A stretch of 46,848 nt of DNA from an uncultured Clostridium sp. (lineage in GTDB: Bacteria; Bacillota; Clostridia; TANB77; CAG-508), in contig CANEEJ010000006.1 of assembly GCA_947426525.1 (NCBI GenBank), positions 1 through 46,848 on the forward strand, written 5' to 3'. The translations under genes were made by a program, and so were the position numbers. Below the pieces are notes generated by a model, which did no database searches, was not told the DNA's origin, and was given only the letters and a program-made list of their open reading frames with translations. Positions 21,006 to 32,300 of the stretch are shown here, piece after piece. How positions within the stretch are numbered: position 1 is the first letter of the stretch; every line of letters begins with the position of its first letter.

Positions 21006-21047
21006 AAAAAAGAAATTATTAACTTTTGTGCTAATAATTTCTTTTTT
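21006..21047. terminator. Bidirectional terminator
   Basis: AAAAAAGAAATTATTA / TAATAATTTCTTTTTT inverted repeat between convergent genes. Confidence 0.75.
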
Positions 21048-21049
21048 AA

Positions 21050-21550
21050 TTAGTTTCTTTGTAATAAATATTGAATCCCACCATTTGCTATTGCTGTTAA
21101 AGTTAATACAATAATACCAGCTGTTAAAACACCAACAATAATAGGAGGAATTGCTTTTTTAGGTGGTAAATCTAAAAAATTAGCAATTAAAGAACCCACC
21201 CAAGCTCCTGTACCTGGTAAAGGAATTGCTACAAATAAAAACAATCCTATCGCTGTATAGTTTTGTAATTTTTCACTTTCTGCAATTTTTTTAGTAGCTC
21301 TGTTAGAAGCCCAATCAATTACTATTTTAAAAGGTTTCCATCTTCCAAAAAAATCAAATAAGGGTCTAATATATTTTACAATAAAATATATTGGAATAAT
21401 ATTTCCAATAAAACTACAAATAAAAGCTTCAATATAGTTTAAATGAAAAGTAAAAACCCCAATAGGAATCGCTCCTCTTAATTCAACAATAGGAATCATT
21501 CCAACTATTCCTGTCAAAATATATTTTATAATAATTGGTAAATTTGCCAT
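21050..21550 (-). CDS. Putative small multi-drug export protein family membrane protein
   Basis: 'PIVELRGAIP', 'GNIIP', 'LFVAIPLPGTGAW' signature motifs. Confidence 0.88.
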   Translation of the reverse strand: MANLPIIIKYILTGIVGMIPIVELRGAIPIGVFTFHLNYIEAFICSFIGNIIPIYFIVKYIRPLFDFFGRWKPFKIVIDWASNRATKKIAESEKLQNYTAIGLFLFVAIPLPGTGAWVGSLIANFLDLPPKKAIPPIIVGVLTAGIIVLTLTAIANGGIQYLLQRN

Positions 21551-21682
21551 AATTTTTCCTCTTTTTCCTAATTTTTTTTAATTTTACTATAAAAATGAAA
21601 AGTTGTCTAGTGGAATAGAAGTAAAAATATTACGAGCTGATTACAATTTGATTAAAATCTTTTTAAGAAACGGAAACTACCA

Positions 21683-21711
21683 TTGACAGTAAAAGAAAGA
21701 TAAGATATCAT
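21683..21711 (+). promoter_or_regulatory. SigA-type promoter
   Basis: TTGACA-17bp-TATCAT. Confidence 0.65.
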
Positions 21712-21776
21712 ATATATGTACAACAAGGCAACATAATACTAAAAAATGTGATAAAACTAAAAAATGGGGGATAAAC

Positions 21777-24700
21777 ATGAAAAGAAAAACTAAGGAACAA
21801 AAAGGAGTTACATTGGTAGCATTAGTAGTAACTATAGTAATTTTATTAATCTTAGTAGCAATTGGTATCTCAACTTTAACAGGGGATAATGGACTAATAA
21901 CAAAAGCAAAAGAAGCATCACAAAAAACCGAAGAGGCAAACGAAAAAGAAAATCAAACGTTGCAAGAAATTGAAAATATAATAGAAGATAAAACAGAAGG
22001 AACAAATTGGAAAGGTGAGTTAAACCATGACACCAATGGAGATGGCAAGCCAGATATAAATATTGATACTGACGGAGATGGCAAACCAGATATAAATATT
22101 GATACAACTGGTGATAAAAAGCCGAACGTTAATGTAGACACAACAGGAGATGGTAAACCTAATATTAACATAGATACAGATGGAGATTACAAACCAAATA
22201 CCAACATTGACACGAATGGAGATGGAAAAGCAGATGTAAACATTGATACCAATGGAGATGGAAAGCCAGACTTAAACATTGATACGGACAAAGACGGTAT
22301 ACCAGATTTAAATGTTGATACAGATGGAGATGGAGAGCCAGATATAGACATTGATACGAATGGTGATGGGAAGCCAGATATCAACTTAAGTGCGTTGCAA
22401 ATAACAACTAACCCAACTAACATTGAAACGATAGCAGGAAGGAAAGATGTAACCTTCCAAATTGAAGTAACAGGAGAAGGAGAAATAATTTACCAATGGT
22501 ATTATGCTACTAACAACAGTACAGAAAATGGAATACCAATAGAAGGAGCGACTTCCCCAATTTATACCATACCAGCAAACCAAATAACAACAAGCCTAAG
22601 TGGAAGATATTACTATTGTGTAATAACCCAAAACTATAGAAACAAAGAAACAAGAAAAACAACAGAAGCAGCAACGCTAACAGTAGCATCACCACTAACT
22701 ATTACTACTCAGCCAATAGCAAAACAAGTAATAAGAGGAAAAACGGCAGTAACTTTTAATACTACAGGAATAGGAACCGGAAACATAAGCTATCAATGGT
22801 ATTACAACACCAGTAATAGCACAGAAGGTGGACAAGTGATTCAAGGAGTAACTCAAAATTCTTACACGATAGCAGCAGAAAATATAACAACTGACTTAAA
22901 TGGTAGATATTATTACTGTGAAATTACTCAAACCTATGGAAATGCAACAGTTACCGTAAAAACAAATACGGCACTTTTAAGTGTAGTAGCACCAGTAGCT
23001 ATTACTACTCAGCCAGCAGCAGTAACAGTAACACCAGGGAATAATGCAATCTTTGCTGTGACAACAACTGGAACAGGAAGCTTAAGTTATCAATGGTATC
23101 AAAATAACACAAATAGTACAACAGGAGGAAATATCATTTCAGGAGCAACCAATGCATCTTATACATTAAATGCAGCTAGCAGCAGTGATAATGGAAAATA
23201 TTACTATTGTATCGTAACCCAAAGCTATGGAAGTTCAACAGCCAATGTAACATCAAGTACAGCCCTATTAACGGTAGGAAATAAAGTAAGTGTAAGCAAA
23301 CCAAGTGATGTAAGCGTGATTGCTGGTAAAACAGCAGCAACTTATACTGTAACAGCAACAGGAAGTGGAACTTTTGCTTATCAATGGTACAAAAATAGTA
23401 CCAATAGTAATAGTGGAGGAAGTGCCATTTCAGGAGCAACAGGAGCAAGCTATACAATAGCGGCAAATAATGTAACAACTTCTTTAAATGGAAAATATTA
23501 TTATTGTGTGGTAACCCAAACTTATGGAAGTTCAACTGAAGTGGTGAGTAGTAATGCAGCAAAATTAAATGTAGTGGCAGCAACTATTATTACTAAAAAT
23601 CCAAGTGAAATAAGTGTAATAGCGGGAAAAACGGCAGTAACTTATACTGTAGAAGCCAGTGGAGAAGGAACAAAAACTTATCAATGGTATCAAAATAGCA
23701 GTAATAGTAATAGTGGAGGAACTGTAATTGCAGGAGCAACTGGAGCAAGTTATACGATAGCAGCAGGCAATGTAGGAACATCTCTAAATGGAAAGTATTA
23801 TTATTGTGTAGTAACCCAAAAGTATGGAAGCTCAACTGCAATAGCCACATCTAACGCAGCGAAACTAAATGTAGTAGCAGCAACAGCAATTACCAAACAT
23901 CCAAATGAAGTAAGTGTTATTGCTGGAAAAACATCGGTAACTTATAGCATAACAGCAAGTGGAACAGGATTAAGTTATCAATGGTACCAAAATAGTACCA
24001 ATAGTAATAGTGGAGGAAGTGCTATTTCAGGGGCAACGGGAGCAAGTTATACGATAGCAGCAGGTAATGTAGGGACATCTTTAAATGGAAAATATTATTA
24101 TTGTGTGGTAACCCAAACTTATGGAAGTTCAACTGGAGCTGTGAGTAGTAATGCAGCAAAATTAAATGTAGTGGCAGCAACTACTATTACTAAAAACCCA
24201 AGTGAAGTAAGTGTAATAGCAGGAAAAACAACAGTAACGTATAGTGTAACTGCAAGCGGAACGGGACTAAGTTATCAATGGTATCAAAATAGTTCAAATA
24301 GCAATAGTGGAGGAACAGCTATTTCAGGAGCAACGGGAGCAACTTATAGTATAGATGCAGCAAGTGTAACCACCTCTTTAAGTGGGAAATACTACTATTG
24401 TGTAGTAAGCCAAAACTATGGAAGTTCTAGTAGCCAAGCGACTTCTAATGCAGCAAAATTAAATGTGGTATCAGTAGCAACAATTACCAAACAACCAATT
24501 CCGCTAACAGTAGTAACAACAACAGGAGCAGCTTTTTCTATAGAAGCCAGTGGAAATGGAACATTAAGTTACCAATGGTATTATAATACAAGTAATAGTA
24601 CAACAGGAGGAAGTGCTATTTCAGGGATAAATTCAAATATATTTTCTATGTCACCAGGAATGATAACAGCTGATTTAAATGGAAGATATTATTACTGTGT

Positions 24701-25412
24701 AGTAACCCAAACCTATGGAAGTTCGACAGCAACCATTACTTCTAATGCAGCATTATTAACAGTAAAAGCATATGCAAGTGACCTAAGACAAGGAGACTAT
24801 GTAAATTATGTGGATAAAAATGGTACAACCAGAAAATCGGTAGTATTACATGATTCTACTTCAAGTTATGGAACTCAAATTATAACGACAACAACAGTAG
24901 AAGATGTACAAATTGGTAATGGAACGGGAAGCAGCAAAACAGATACTAGTTCTTATGCAACAGCGACTGCTTCACATGAAAATGCTATAACAACATTAAA
25001 TACAAAGGCAAGAGCTTATTTAAATACAAGCTATGCTAGTGCGGCAAGGAGTGTAGGAAGTGATCCAAAATCTCCAGATACGGTAGACGATGCTAGTGAT
25101 ATAGACAGTAATAAAATGAAAGCTTTAAACATAAAAGTCGCAAACAAATCTTATTGGTTAGCAGCTATAAACAATCCTAGTTCTTTCTGGGGATGGGCAG
25201 GTACAGTTTATTATATTAATATAAGCAGTCCTAATTATGCATCAGAAGCTACGATATATTCTTATCAAAGGGCAACAACTGAGTTTGAAGACGAAATTAA
25301 TAATAGTTATAGTGTAACCTATGGACTTCGCCCAGTATTTACCTTAAAAAATACTGTTAAAATATTAGGAGGAAGTGGAACAGAAGGTAGTCCGTATGTA
25401 TTAGGTTTATAA
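21777..25412 (+). CDS. Type IV pilin-like N-terminus protein with Asp-rich repeats, 8 Ig-like domains and C-terminal GLRPV domain
   Basis: KEQKG|VTLVALVVTIVILLIL; 10x DTxGDGKPDINI; 8x ~100-aa 'YQWY..YYYC' domains; ends YGLRPVFTL..GSGTEGSPY. Confidence 0.85.
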   Translation: MKRKTKEQKGVTLVALVVTIVILLILVAIGISTLTGDNGLITKAKEASQKTEEANEKENQTLQEIENIIEDKTEGTNWKGELNHDTNGDGKPDINIDTDGDGKPDINIDTTGDKKPNVNVDTTGDGKPNINIDTDGDYKPNTNIDTNGDGKADVNIDTNGDGKPDLNIDTDKDGIPDLNVDTDGDGEPDIDIDTNGDGKPDINLSALQITTNPTNIETIAGRKDVTFQIEVTGEGEIIYQWYYATNNSTENGIPIEGATSPIYTIPANQITTSLSGRYYYCVITQNYRNKETRKTTEAATLTVASPLTITTQPIAKQVIRGKTAVTFNTTGIGTGNISYQWYYNTSNSTEGGQVIQGVTQNSYTIAAENITTDLNGRYYYCEITQTYGNATVTVKTNTALLSVVAPVAITTQPAAVTVTPGNNAIFAVTTTGTGSLSYQWYQNNTNSTTGGNIISGATNASYTLNAASSSDNGKYYYCIVTQSYGSSTANVTSSTALLTVGNKVSVSKPSDVSVIAGKTAATYTVTATGSGTFAYQWYKNSTNSNSGGSAISGATGASYTIAANNVTTSLNGKYYYCVVTQTYGSSTEVVSSNAAKLNVVAATIITKNPSEISVIAGKTAVTYTVEASGEGTKTYQWYQNSSNSNSGGTVIAGATGASYTIAAGNVGTSLNGKYYYCVVTQKYGSSTAIATSNAAKLNVVAATAITKHPNEVSVIAGKTSVTYSITASGTGLSYQWYQNSTNSNSGGSAISGATGASYTIAAGNVGTSLNGKYYYCVVTQTYGSSTGAVSSNAAKLNVVAATTITKNPSEVSVIAGKTTVTYSVTASGTGLSYQWYQNSSNSNSGGTAISGATGATYSIDAASVTTSLSGKYYYCVVSQNYGSSSSQATSNAAKLNVVSVATITKQPIPLTVVTTTGAAFSIEASGNGTLSYQWYYNTSNSTTGGSAISGINSNIFSMSPGMITADLNGRYYYCVVTQTYGSSTATITSNAALLTVKAYASDLRQGDYVNYVDKNGTTRKSVVLHDSTSSYGTQIITTTTVEDVQIGNGTGSSKTDTSSYATATASHENAITTLNTKARAYLNTSYASAARSVGSDPKSPDTVDDASDIDSNKMKALNIKVANKSYWLAAINNPSSFWGWAGTVYYINISSPNYASEATIYSYQRATTEFEDEINNSYSVTYGLRPVFTLKNTVKILGGSGTEGSPYVLGL
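22029..22388 (+). repeat. 10 x 36-bp coding repeat (DTNGDGKPDINI)
   Basis: Counted directly in the translation. Confidence 0.9.
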
Positions 25413-25447
25413 AAATAATTTGAATACCAAGAAAAGAGGTGTAAAAT

Positions 25448-25927
25448 ATGTCGAAAGCCAAAAAAACAAACCAAAAATTAATTAAGATATTTACGATAAT
25501 TGTTATACTAGCAATTATCATAGGAGTTGTATATTTAGTAGTAAATTATCAAAAAACAAATTATGGTGAAACGCAAAAACAACAAAACCAAGAAACAGTT
25601 GAGCCACAAGACTACAATGAAAAACTACAAAACTTACAAAACCAAATAACTGAAAAAGAAGGACAAATTCATAAACTAAATGAGGAACTAATGCCATTAG
25701 TAGAAGAAAGAACCGACTTAGAAAAACAAATTATAGAAACGACCGAAGAAGACGATAAAACAGGAAAAAAAATAGAAGAGATACAAAAAAAGCTAGAACC
25801 AATGAATAAAGAAATTGAAGAAAAGCAAGCAAAAATACAAGAGGAAAATGAAAAATTAATGAATCTTTATAATGAATATACTTCTGTTATGAATGAGAAT
25901 ATAACTGAAATTCCAACAGAAGAATAA
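25448..25927 (+). CDS. Hypothetical membrane-anchored coiled-coil protein
   Basis: RBS GAGGTG, N-terminal TM, E/K/Q-rich heptads. Confidence 0.75.
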   Translation: MSKAKKTNQKLIKIFTIIVILAIIIGVVYLVVNYQKTNYGETQKQQNQETVEPQDYNEKLQNLQNQITEKEGQIHKLNEELMPLVEERTDLEKQIIETTEEDDKTGKKIEEIQKKLEPMNKEIEEKQAKIQEENEKLMNLYNEYTSVMNENITEIPTEE

Positions 25928-25930
25928 AAG

Positions 25931-26069
25931 AAAATTGCCAAAAGGGATTACTTTCGTCCCGATTGGCAATTTTTGTTTGCTTTTTCTGATGTTTTTTGGG
26001 ACGGGGTCAAAAAACATCGCTTACTTTTGGGATTTTTTAGATGGGACAAAAAAGTATTGTCTCATTTTT
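25931..26069. repeat. Cluster of three GGGAC/GTCCC hairpin elements
   Basis: 25931-25973 (like 14041), 25987-26020 (like 17756), ~26041-26069 (like 13586/41870). Confidence 0.8.
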
Positions 26070-26302
26070 TGAATCCTATAAATCCCTAAGAAAAATTAGA
26101 AAACAATACAAAACTGTAAAACAAAAAACACAATAAATTAATAAACCTAAAATAAACGTCGAGAAATGTAGTGCCGTAGCTATAGCACGCTTATACCAAC
26201 AATTACCAACCTTAATTATATTTACTTACAGTACTAGATATATTAAAATAAATATGTATAACAAATAAACATAATATTAAGCAAAAAGGAGACTGTGAGA
26301 AA

Positions 26303-29300
26303 ATGAAAAAAGGGTTAAACAAGAATGCGAAAGAAAAAACGACAATTTCGCAAAAAGTAAAACAGTGCTTAACAAAAGCAAGAAAGTGGTTAGAAAATGC
26401 AAAAGAGTTAATCACTAAAAACAAGAAAACGGCATTAGTGGGAGGAGTAGCAACTATATTATTGGCTGTACTAGGAATAACAGCTATGTTCCAAACAACC
26501 AAAAACACTCAAAATGCAACCGATCCAGAACTAGCAAGAGCCATGAATTATGAACAAGTGCAAGAAGGAGAAGAAAAAGTAGAAGGGACCGAAAATGTAA
26601 AGTTCGATGCCTTTTTCTTGCGTGACATTAACAATGATGGCTATGCAGAAAGTATACGAGGAACTTGTAAAGAAATTGGAAAGGAAGATACCCTGTACAT
26701 GGAACTAAATGTTCAAACAGCAGGGTATTTAAAAGATGCCAAAATTACAGTAGATGGCAAAAACTTTTATTTACAAACCACCTTGCCAAAAGACGAACAA
26801 CTACAAGACAACTACATTGGTAGTAACATAAAAGAAATTAAATTTAACCAATTAAGAAACGGAACCCAAAAAATGCTAACCGGAATTGTAAGAAGTGGTG
26901 ATTATTCTTATAATTCAACCAAAGCATCAGCAATTGGGACCAATATAAACAATTATTCTCAAGTAAACAGTATAACCCTTACTGGAACTTATGTGGATGA
27001 AGTAGGCCGAGAAACCGAAATTTCAAAAACAGTCAATTTTAACATAGATTGGTATGGAACCACAAGAGCAAGAATCTATACTACTACCCAAAACAGAAAT
27101 ATAGAAAATGCAATCAAAGACCAAGAAGGAACCATAAACTTAGATTTCACAGTATACACAGAAGAACTAGACCAAAGACTAAATTTACAAACCAACCACG
27201 TAGAAGCCGAAATACCAGAACTAAATGGTTATGCACCAATTGATGTAATCTACACTGGGAGCAATGCGACAGCAAATTACAATCCAGAAACCAAACTTAT
27301 GACAATTGACAGAACTGCAGAGGTTGCAGAAGATGGAAAAATAACCAATGGAATGGGAAGAACCAATAGCTATGACATAAGAGCCATATACCCAATCGAA
27401 GCTTACCAAGCCTTAGGAACAGAAAGTGTACAACTAAGAGTACCAGTAAAAACTTATTACGAAGGATTTAACAATTCAAACTTAGAATTTAAAAACCCAT
27501 ATAAATCAAATATACCACAAGCAACGATTATCATAAACTACACCAAACCAGTAGAACAAACCTATAGCACAACCTTTGATGTAACAGTAGGAAAATATGT
27601 TTATGATCCAAGTTACCACTACATGGTATCCAAACAAAAACCATTAAAAATATACAATGGAGAAAGTGAGCAAGAAAAAGACGACATCTACACGGTTATG
27701 TGGAAAGGCTATGTAGGAACCAATGCCAACACAGATGGTATGACAATGAAAGAAGTAACAGGAGATCAATTTATTAAAACAGATAGCACACAAGAAAGCA
27801 TGGAAGAGGTAAGTGCTAACATAGGAATCTACTTTACAGGAGCAGAAACCTTACTTGGCGAAAATGGATGGATTAAAGTCTATGACGACGAAACGGGAGA
27901 CCTACTACAAACTTTCACCAAAGACAACTGGAACCAATACAATACAAGCAATCCATACAAATATGCTATCCCAGTAAAACATGTAAGAATTGAAACCAGT
28001 GAAATTGTGAAAAAAGAAACATCACTATATGTATATCACCTAAAAGAAATCAATGACGAAAAAATAACCACTAAATACGAAAGAAGTCAATTTGACCAAC
28101 TACAATATATTAAAGCATCTTTAGCTGGGTTTATAGCAGGAGAGCAAATCGCAAGTGTAACACATCAAGCCTATTACGAAGCACCAATGTCAATAGCAGA
28201 AATTAAAATTAGCAAAAACACCATTTCAACCCAAGGAACTGAAAAAAATGACCGAATTACCATAGAGACCAGAGCAACAACTAGTAACAACCAAGTACCA
28301 TGGCAAAATGGAACCTTTTTAGTAAAATTACCAACCGAAGTAATTGATGTTAAACTAAATGAAGTAAGCATTAATAACCAAAAGGTAAGAATTGAAAACT
28401 ATGAAGTAATCCAAGAAAATGGACAAAACTTTATCAAAATCGTAACCAAAAACGATACGCCACAAACCTACACCATAACCTTGGATGTAGACTTATCAGC
28501 AGACCCAAGAATTGCTACTACAACCAAGTCAATTGAACTATATGCAACAAATGAAAATGGAAGTGACTATTACTACAAAGCAGCAGACATTTATGATGTC
28601 AACAATAACTTGAATACAGAAGAGATAGTAAACCATACAACAACTAGCCTTAGTATGGTATCTCCAAACTCATTGTTAACCAACCAAACAGCTACTAACT
28701 TTGATAACAAAGAAAGCACGGTAATTTCTCCACAAGTAGCAGACGTAAAACCAAATTATGCTGTAGTTGACTATGAACACGAACAAGAAGAACAAACGGC
28801 AACAATTGGTGTACAAATCAAAAATAACTATGCTAGCACCATTAGTGATATTTGTCTATTAGGAAAAATTCCATTTAGAGGAAACACCTATGTGATTAGT
28901 GGAGCAGACTTAGGTTCTAGCTTTACGACTAAAATGACAAACGAAGGAATTGGAATACCACAAGAATTAGCAGAAATAGCAACTATTTATTACTCTGAAA
29001 ATGAAACACCAGATAAAGAAAGAACCAAAGAAGAAAATGGCTGGAAAACCAAAGACCAAGTAGAAAATTGGGACAATATAAAAACATTCTTAATCGACTT
29101 GGGTGATTACGTAATGCCAACTGGAAAAGAATTTCTATTTAACTATGTAGTAAAAATACCAAATGGGCTAGAATTTAACCAAGTAGCTTACAGCCACCAT
29201 GGTGTATACTTTAGCTTAGATACCGAAAACGGAAAATATAAAACCAAAACAGAGCCTAACAAACTAGGTTTTAGAATTGCGGAAAAATACGAATTAAACT

Positions 29301-32300
29301 TAACGAAATACCAAACCGCAAAAGAAAAGAAAGTACCAGGAGCAGCCTATAGCTTCCAAGAAATTATCAAGAACGAAGATGGAAGTGAAACAACAGGAGA
29401 AGCTAAAACAGCAGTAACCAATGCAGAAGGAACCTTAAAAATAACCAACCTATATGCGGAAAAAATCTATGAAATAAAAGAAATTAAAACACCAGATGAC
29501 TACGAATTAAACGAAGATGCCATCAGGTTTATTGCCCATGTGAATGAACATGGTGTGTTAACCATTGAAAAATTACAAGGAAACCCAAAAGGTGAAATAC
29601 AAGTAACGAAAAACGAGGGTGAAAACTACCAAGTAAATATAGCAGTAGAAGACGAAGTAAAAGCAAGTTTAAAAATTACAAAAAAAGAACAAGGCTCAGA
29701 AATTAAAATACCACAAGTACGTTACAAACTAACAGGTTATGGTATGCCACAAAACGGAAAAACCATAACCACGAACCTAAACGGAGAAGCTAATTTAAAA
29801 GGACTAAAAATAGGAGAAGAATACACTTTGCAAGAAGTAAAAGCAGAAGGGTATTATTTAGCGAGCCCAATAAAATTTAGAATAGTAAACAACGAAGGAA
29901 ATTATGTGTTAGAAGAAATAGAAGAAATAAAAGAAAACAACAATACAGAAGGAGAAACAACCGAAGAAACAACAAGCCAAGCAAATGCAATAGTAACTCA
30001 AGAAACAACAGAAGCAGATGGAATCCCAACCATCAGTATTGTATTAGAAGACGAAAAAATTCCAACCTATGACCTAGAAATTACAAAAATCAAAAAAACA
30101 ACAGGAACTACCTTAGCAGACGAAGAGCTAATGGCAAAAGCAGAAGGAAACCTAGCTGGAACAGAAGTAACCTACCTTGCAGGAGCAAAATTCAAACTAT
30201 ACAAAGGAACGGAAGAAATAGGAGAATATATAACCGACAGCACAGGAAAAATTCAAATTACAGGATTATACCAATTTGAAAACAGTAAAAACATAGACCA
30301 AACTTATACCCTAAAAGAAGTATTAGCACCAGAAGGTTATGCTAAAGTAAAAGACATCACCTTTAAAGTAGAAAAAGAAGGAGAAGAACTAAAATTCCAA
30401 GAGGAAGAAACAGAAGGAGCTACCAAAAAACAATACCAAGTAGAAGGAAATACCATAAAACTAACCATAGAAGACAGTCCATCATTTAGACTACTAAAAA
30501 AAGATGCAGAAACCAAACTACCAATTGCAAACGTAAAATTTGCAATCTACAACGTAGATGATGGAGAAAAACCAGCAACGAACAGTAAAGGAGAAACTAT
30601 AGGAACCCTAGAAACCATCAATGGAAAAGCATATTATACCGTAACGACTAATGAAAATGGAGAAATCACAGCAGACCTAACCGAAGGTCTATATAAAGCG
30701 GTCGAATTACAAGCAGAAGACCAATATGACATAGAAAACCAAACTCATTATTTTGGAGTTGGAACATCAAGAGAAGGAAAGAAAGTGCAAACAGTAGAAT
30801 GGGCAAAAGGAATAGGGGGAAGTGAGAGTGATGCAATAACTTCAGTAGTAGCAACAAGTGATGGAGGATATATTGTAGGAGGATATTTTAAAAGTAACGA
30901 AATAGATTTAGGAAATGGAATAATATTAACGAATAATAATGCCTATAGAAATGGAATGTTAATTAAATATACTAGCAAAGGAGAGTGCGAATGGGCAAAA
31001 GGAATAGAAGGTTATGGTAGCGAAATAACCTCAATAGAAGAAACACAAGATGGAGGATATATAGTTGGAGGATATTTTTATGGCATTAAATTAGATTTAG
31101 GAAATGGAATAGAATTATCTAATAATGGTAAGGATGATGGAATGATAATAAAATATAATGCAGAAGGAGAATGTGACTGGGCAAAAGGAATAGGAGGAAG
31201 CAAAACTGATCGAATAACTTCAGTAGCAGAAACACAAGATGGAGAATATATCGTAGGAGGATATTTTCAAAGTGATCAAATTAATTTAGGGAATGGAATA
31301 ATATTAAAAAACTATAATACTAGTGGAATATTGATAAAATATGATGTAAAGGGAGAAATAGAATGGGCTAAAGAAATACGAGGGGAAAATGGTTATGAAA
31401 GAATAGAAGCAGTAACAAGAACCGGTGATGGAGGAGTAATAGTAGGAGGATATTTTGAGTCAGGTTCAATAGATTTGGGAAATGGAATTAGTTTAACAAA
31501 GCAAACTAAAGGTGAATTTGCAGGAATGATAATTAAATATAATAGAGAAGGAGAAGTAGAATGGGCAAAATCTATAAATACAGATATAAATGATACCAGA
31601 ATTTTTTCAGTAGTAGAAACAAATGATGGGGGAATAATAGCAGGAGGAGATTTTAGTGGTAAAGAAATAAATTTAGGAAATGGAATAACACTATCTAATA
31701 ATGGTAAGAAGGATGGAATGATAATAAAATATAATGCAGAAGGAGAATGTGAATGGGCAAAAGGAATAGGAGGAAGTGAGAGTGACGCAATAACTTCAGT
31801 AGAGGCAACAAATGATGGAGGATATGTAATAGGAGGAGATTTTACAGCTACAATAGACTTAGAGAATGGAATAAGAATATCTAGTAGAGGGAATAGTGAC
31901 GGAATGATAATTAAATGTAACAGTGAAGGAAATGTGGAATGGGCAAAGGAAATAGGAGGAACAGCTGGTGATTATATAAATTCAGCAACAGAAACGCAAG
32001 ATGGGAAATATGTTATAGGAGGATATTTTTACAGTAGTTTAATAAGCTTAGAAAATGGGGAAAATTTAGTACAAAAAGGTACAAGTGGTGGTGATGGAAT
32101 ATTAGCTCAATACAAACCTGGTGAAATACCAGAAGTTGTAACAAAACAAGCAAAAGGAATAGGAGGAAATTATGAAGATGCAATAACCTCAGTATCAAAA
32201 ACAACTGATGGAGGATACATTGCAGGAGGATATTTTAAAAGTAACGAAATAGATTTGGGAAATAGAATATTATTAAATCAATCAGTTAGCAGAGAATATG

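Noticed and set aside
22029-22388. 36-bp periodic repeats as CRISPR or non-coding array
   Set aside because: In-frame coding repeats varying largely at synonymous positions.
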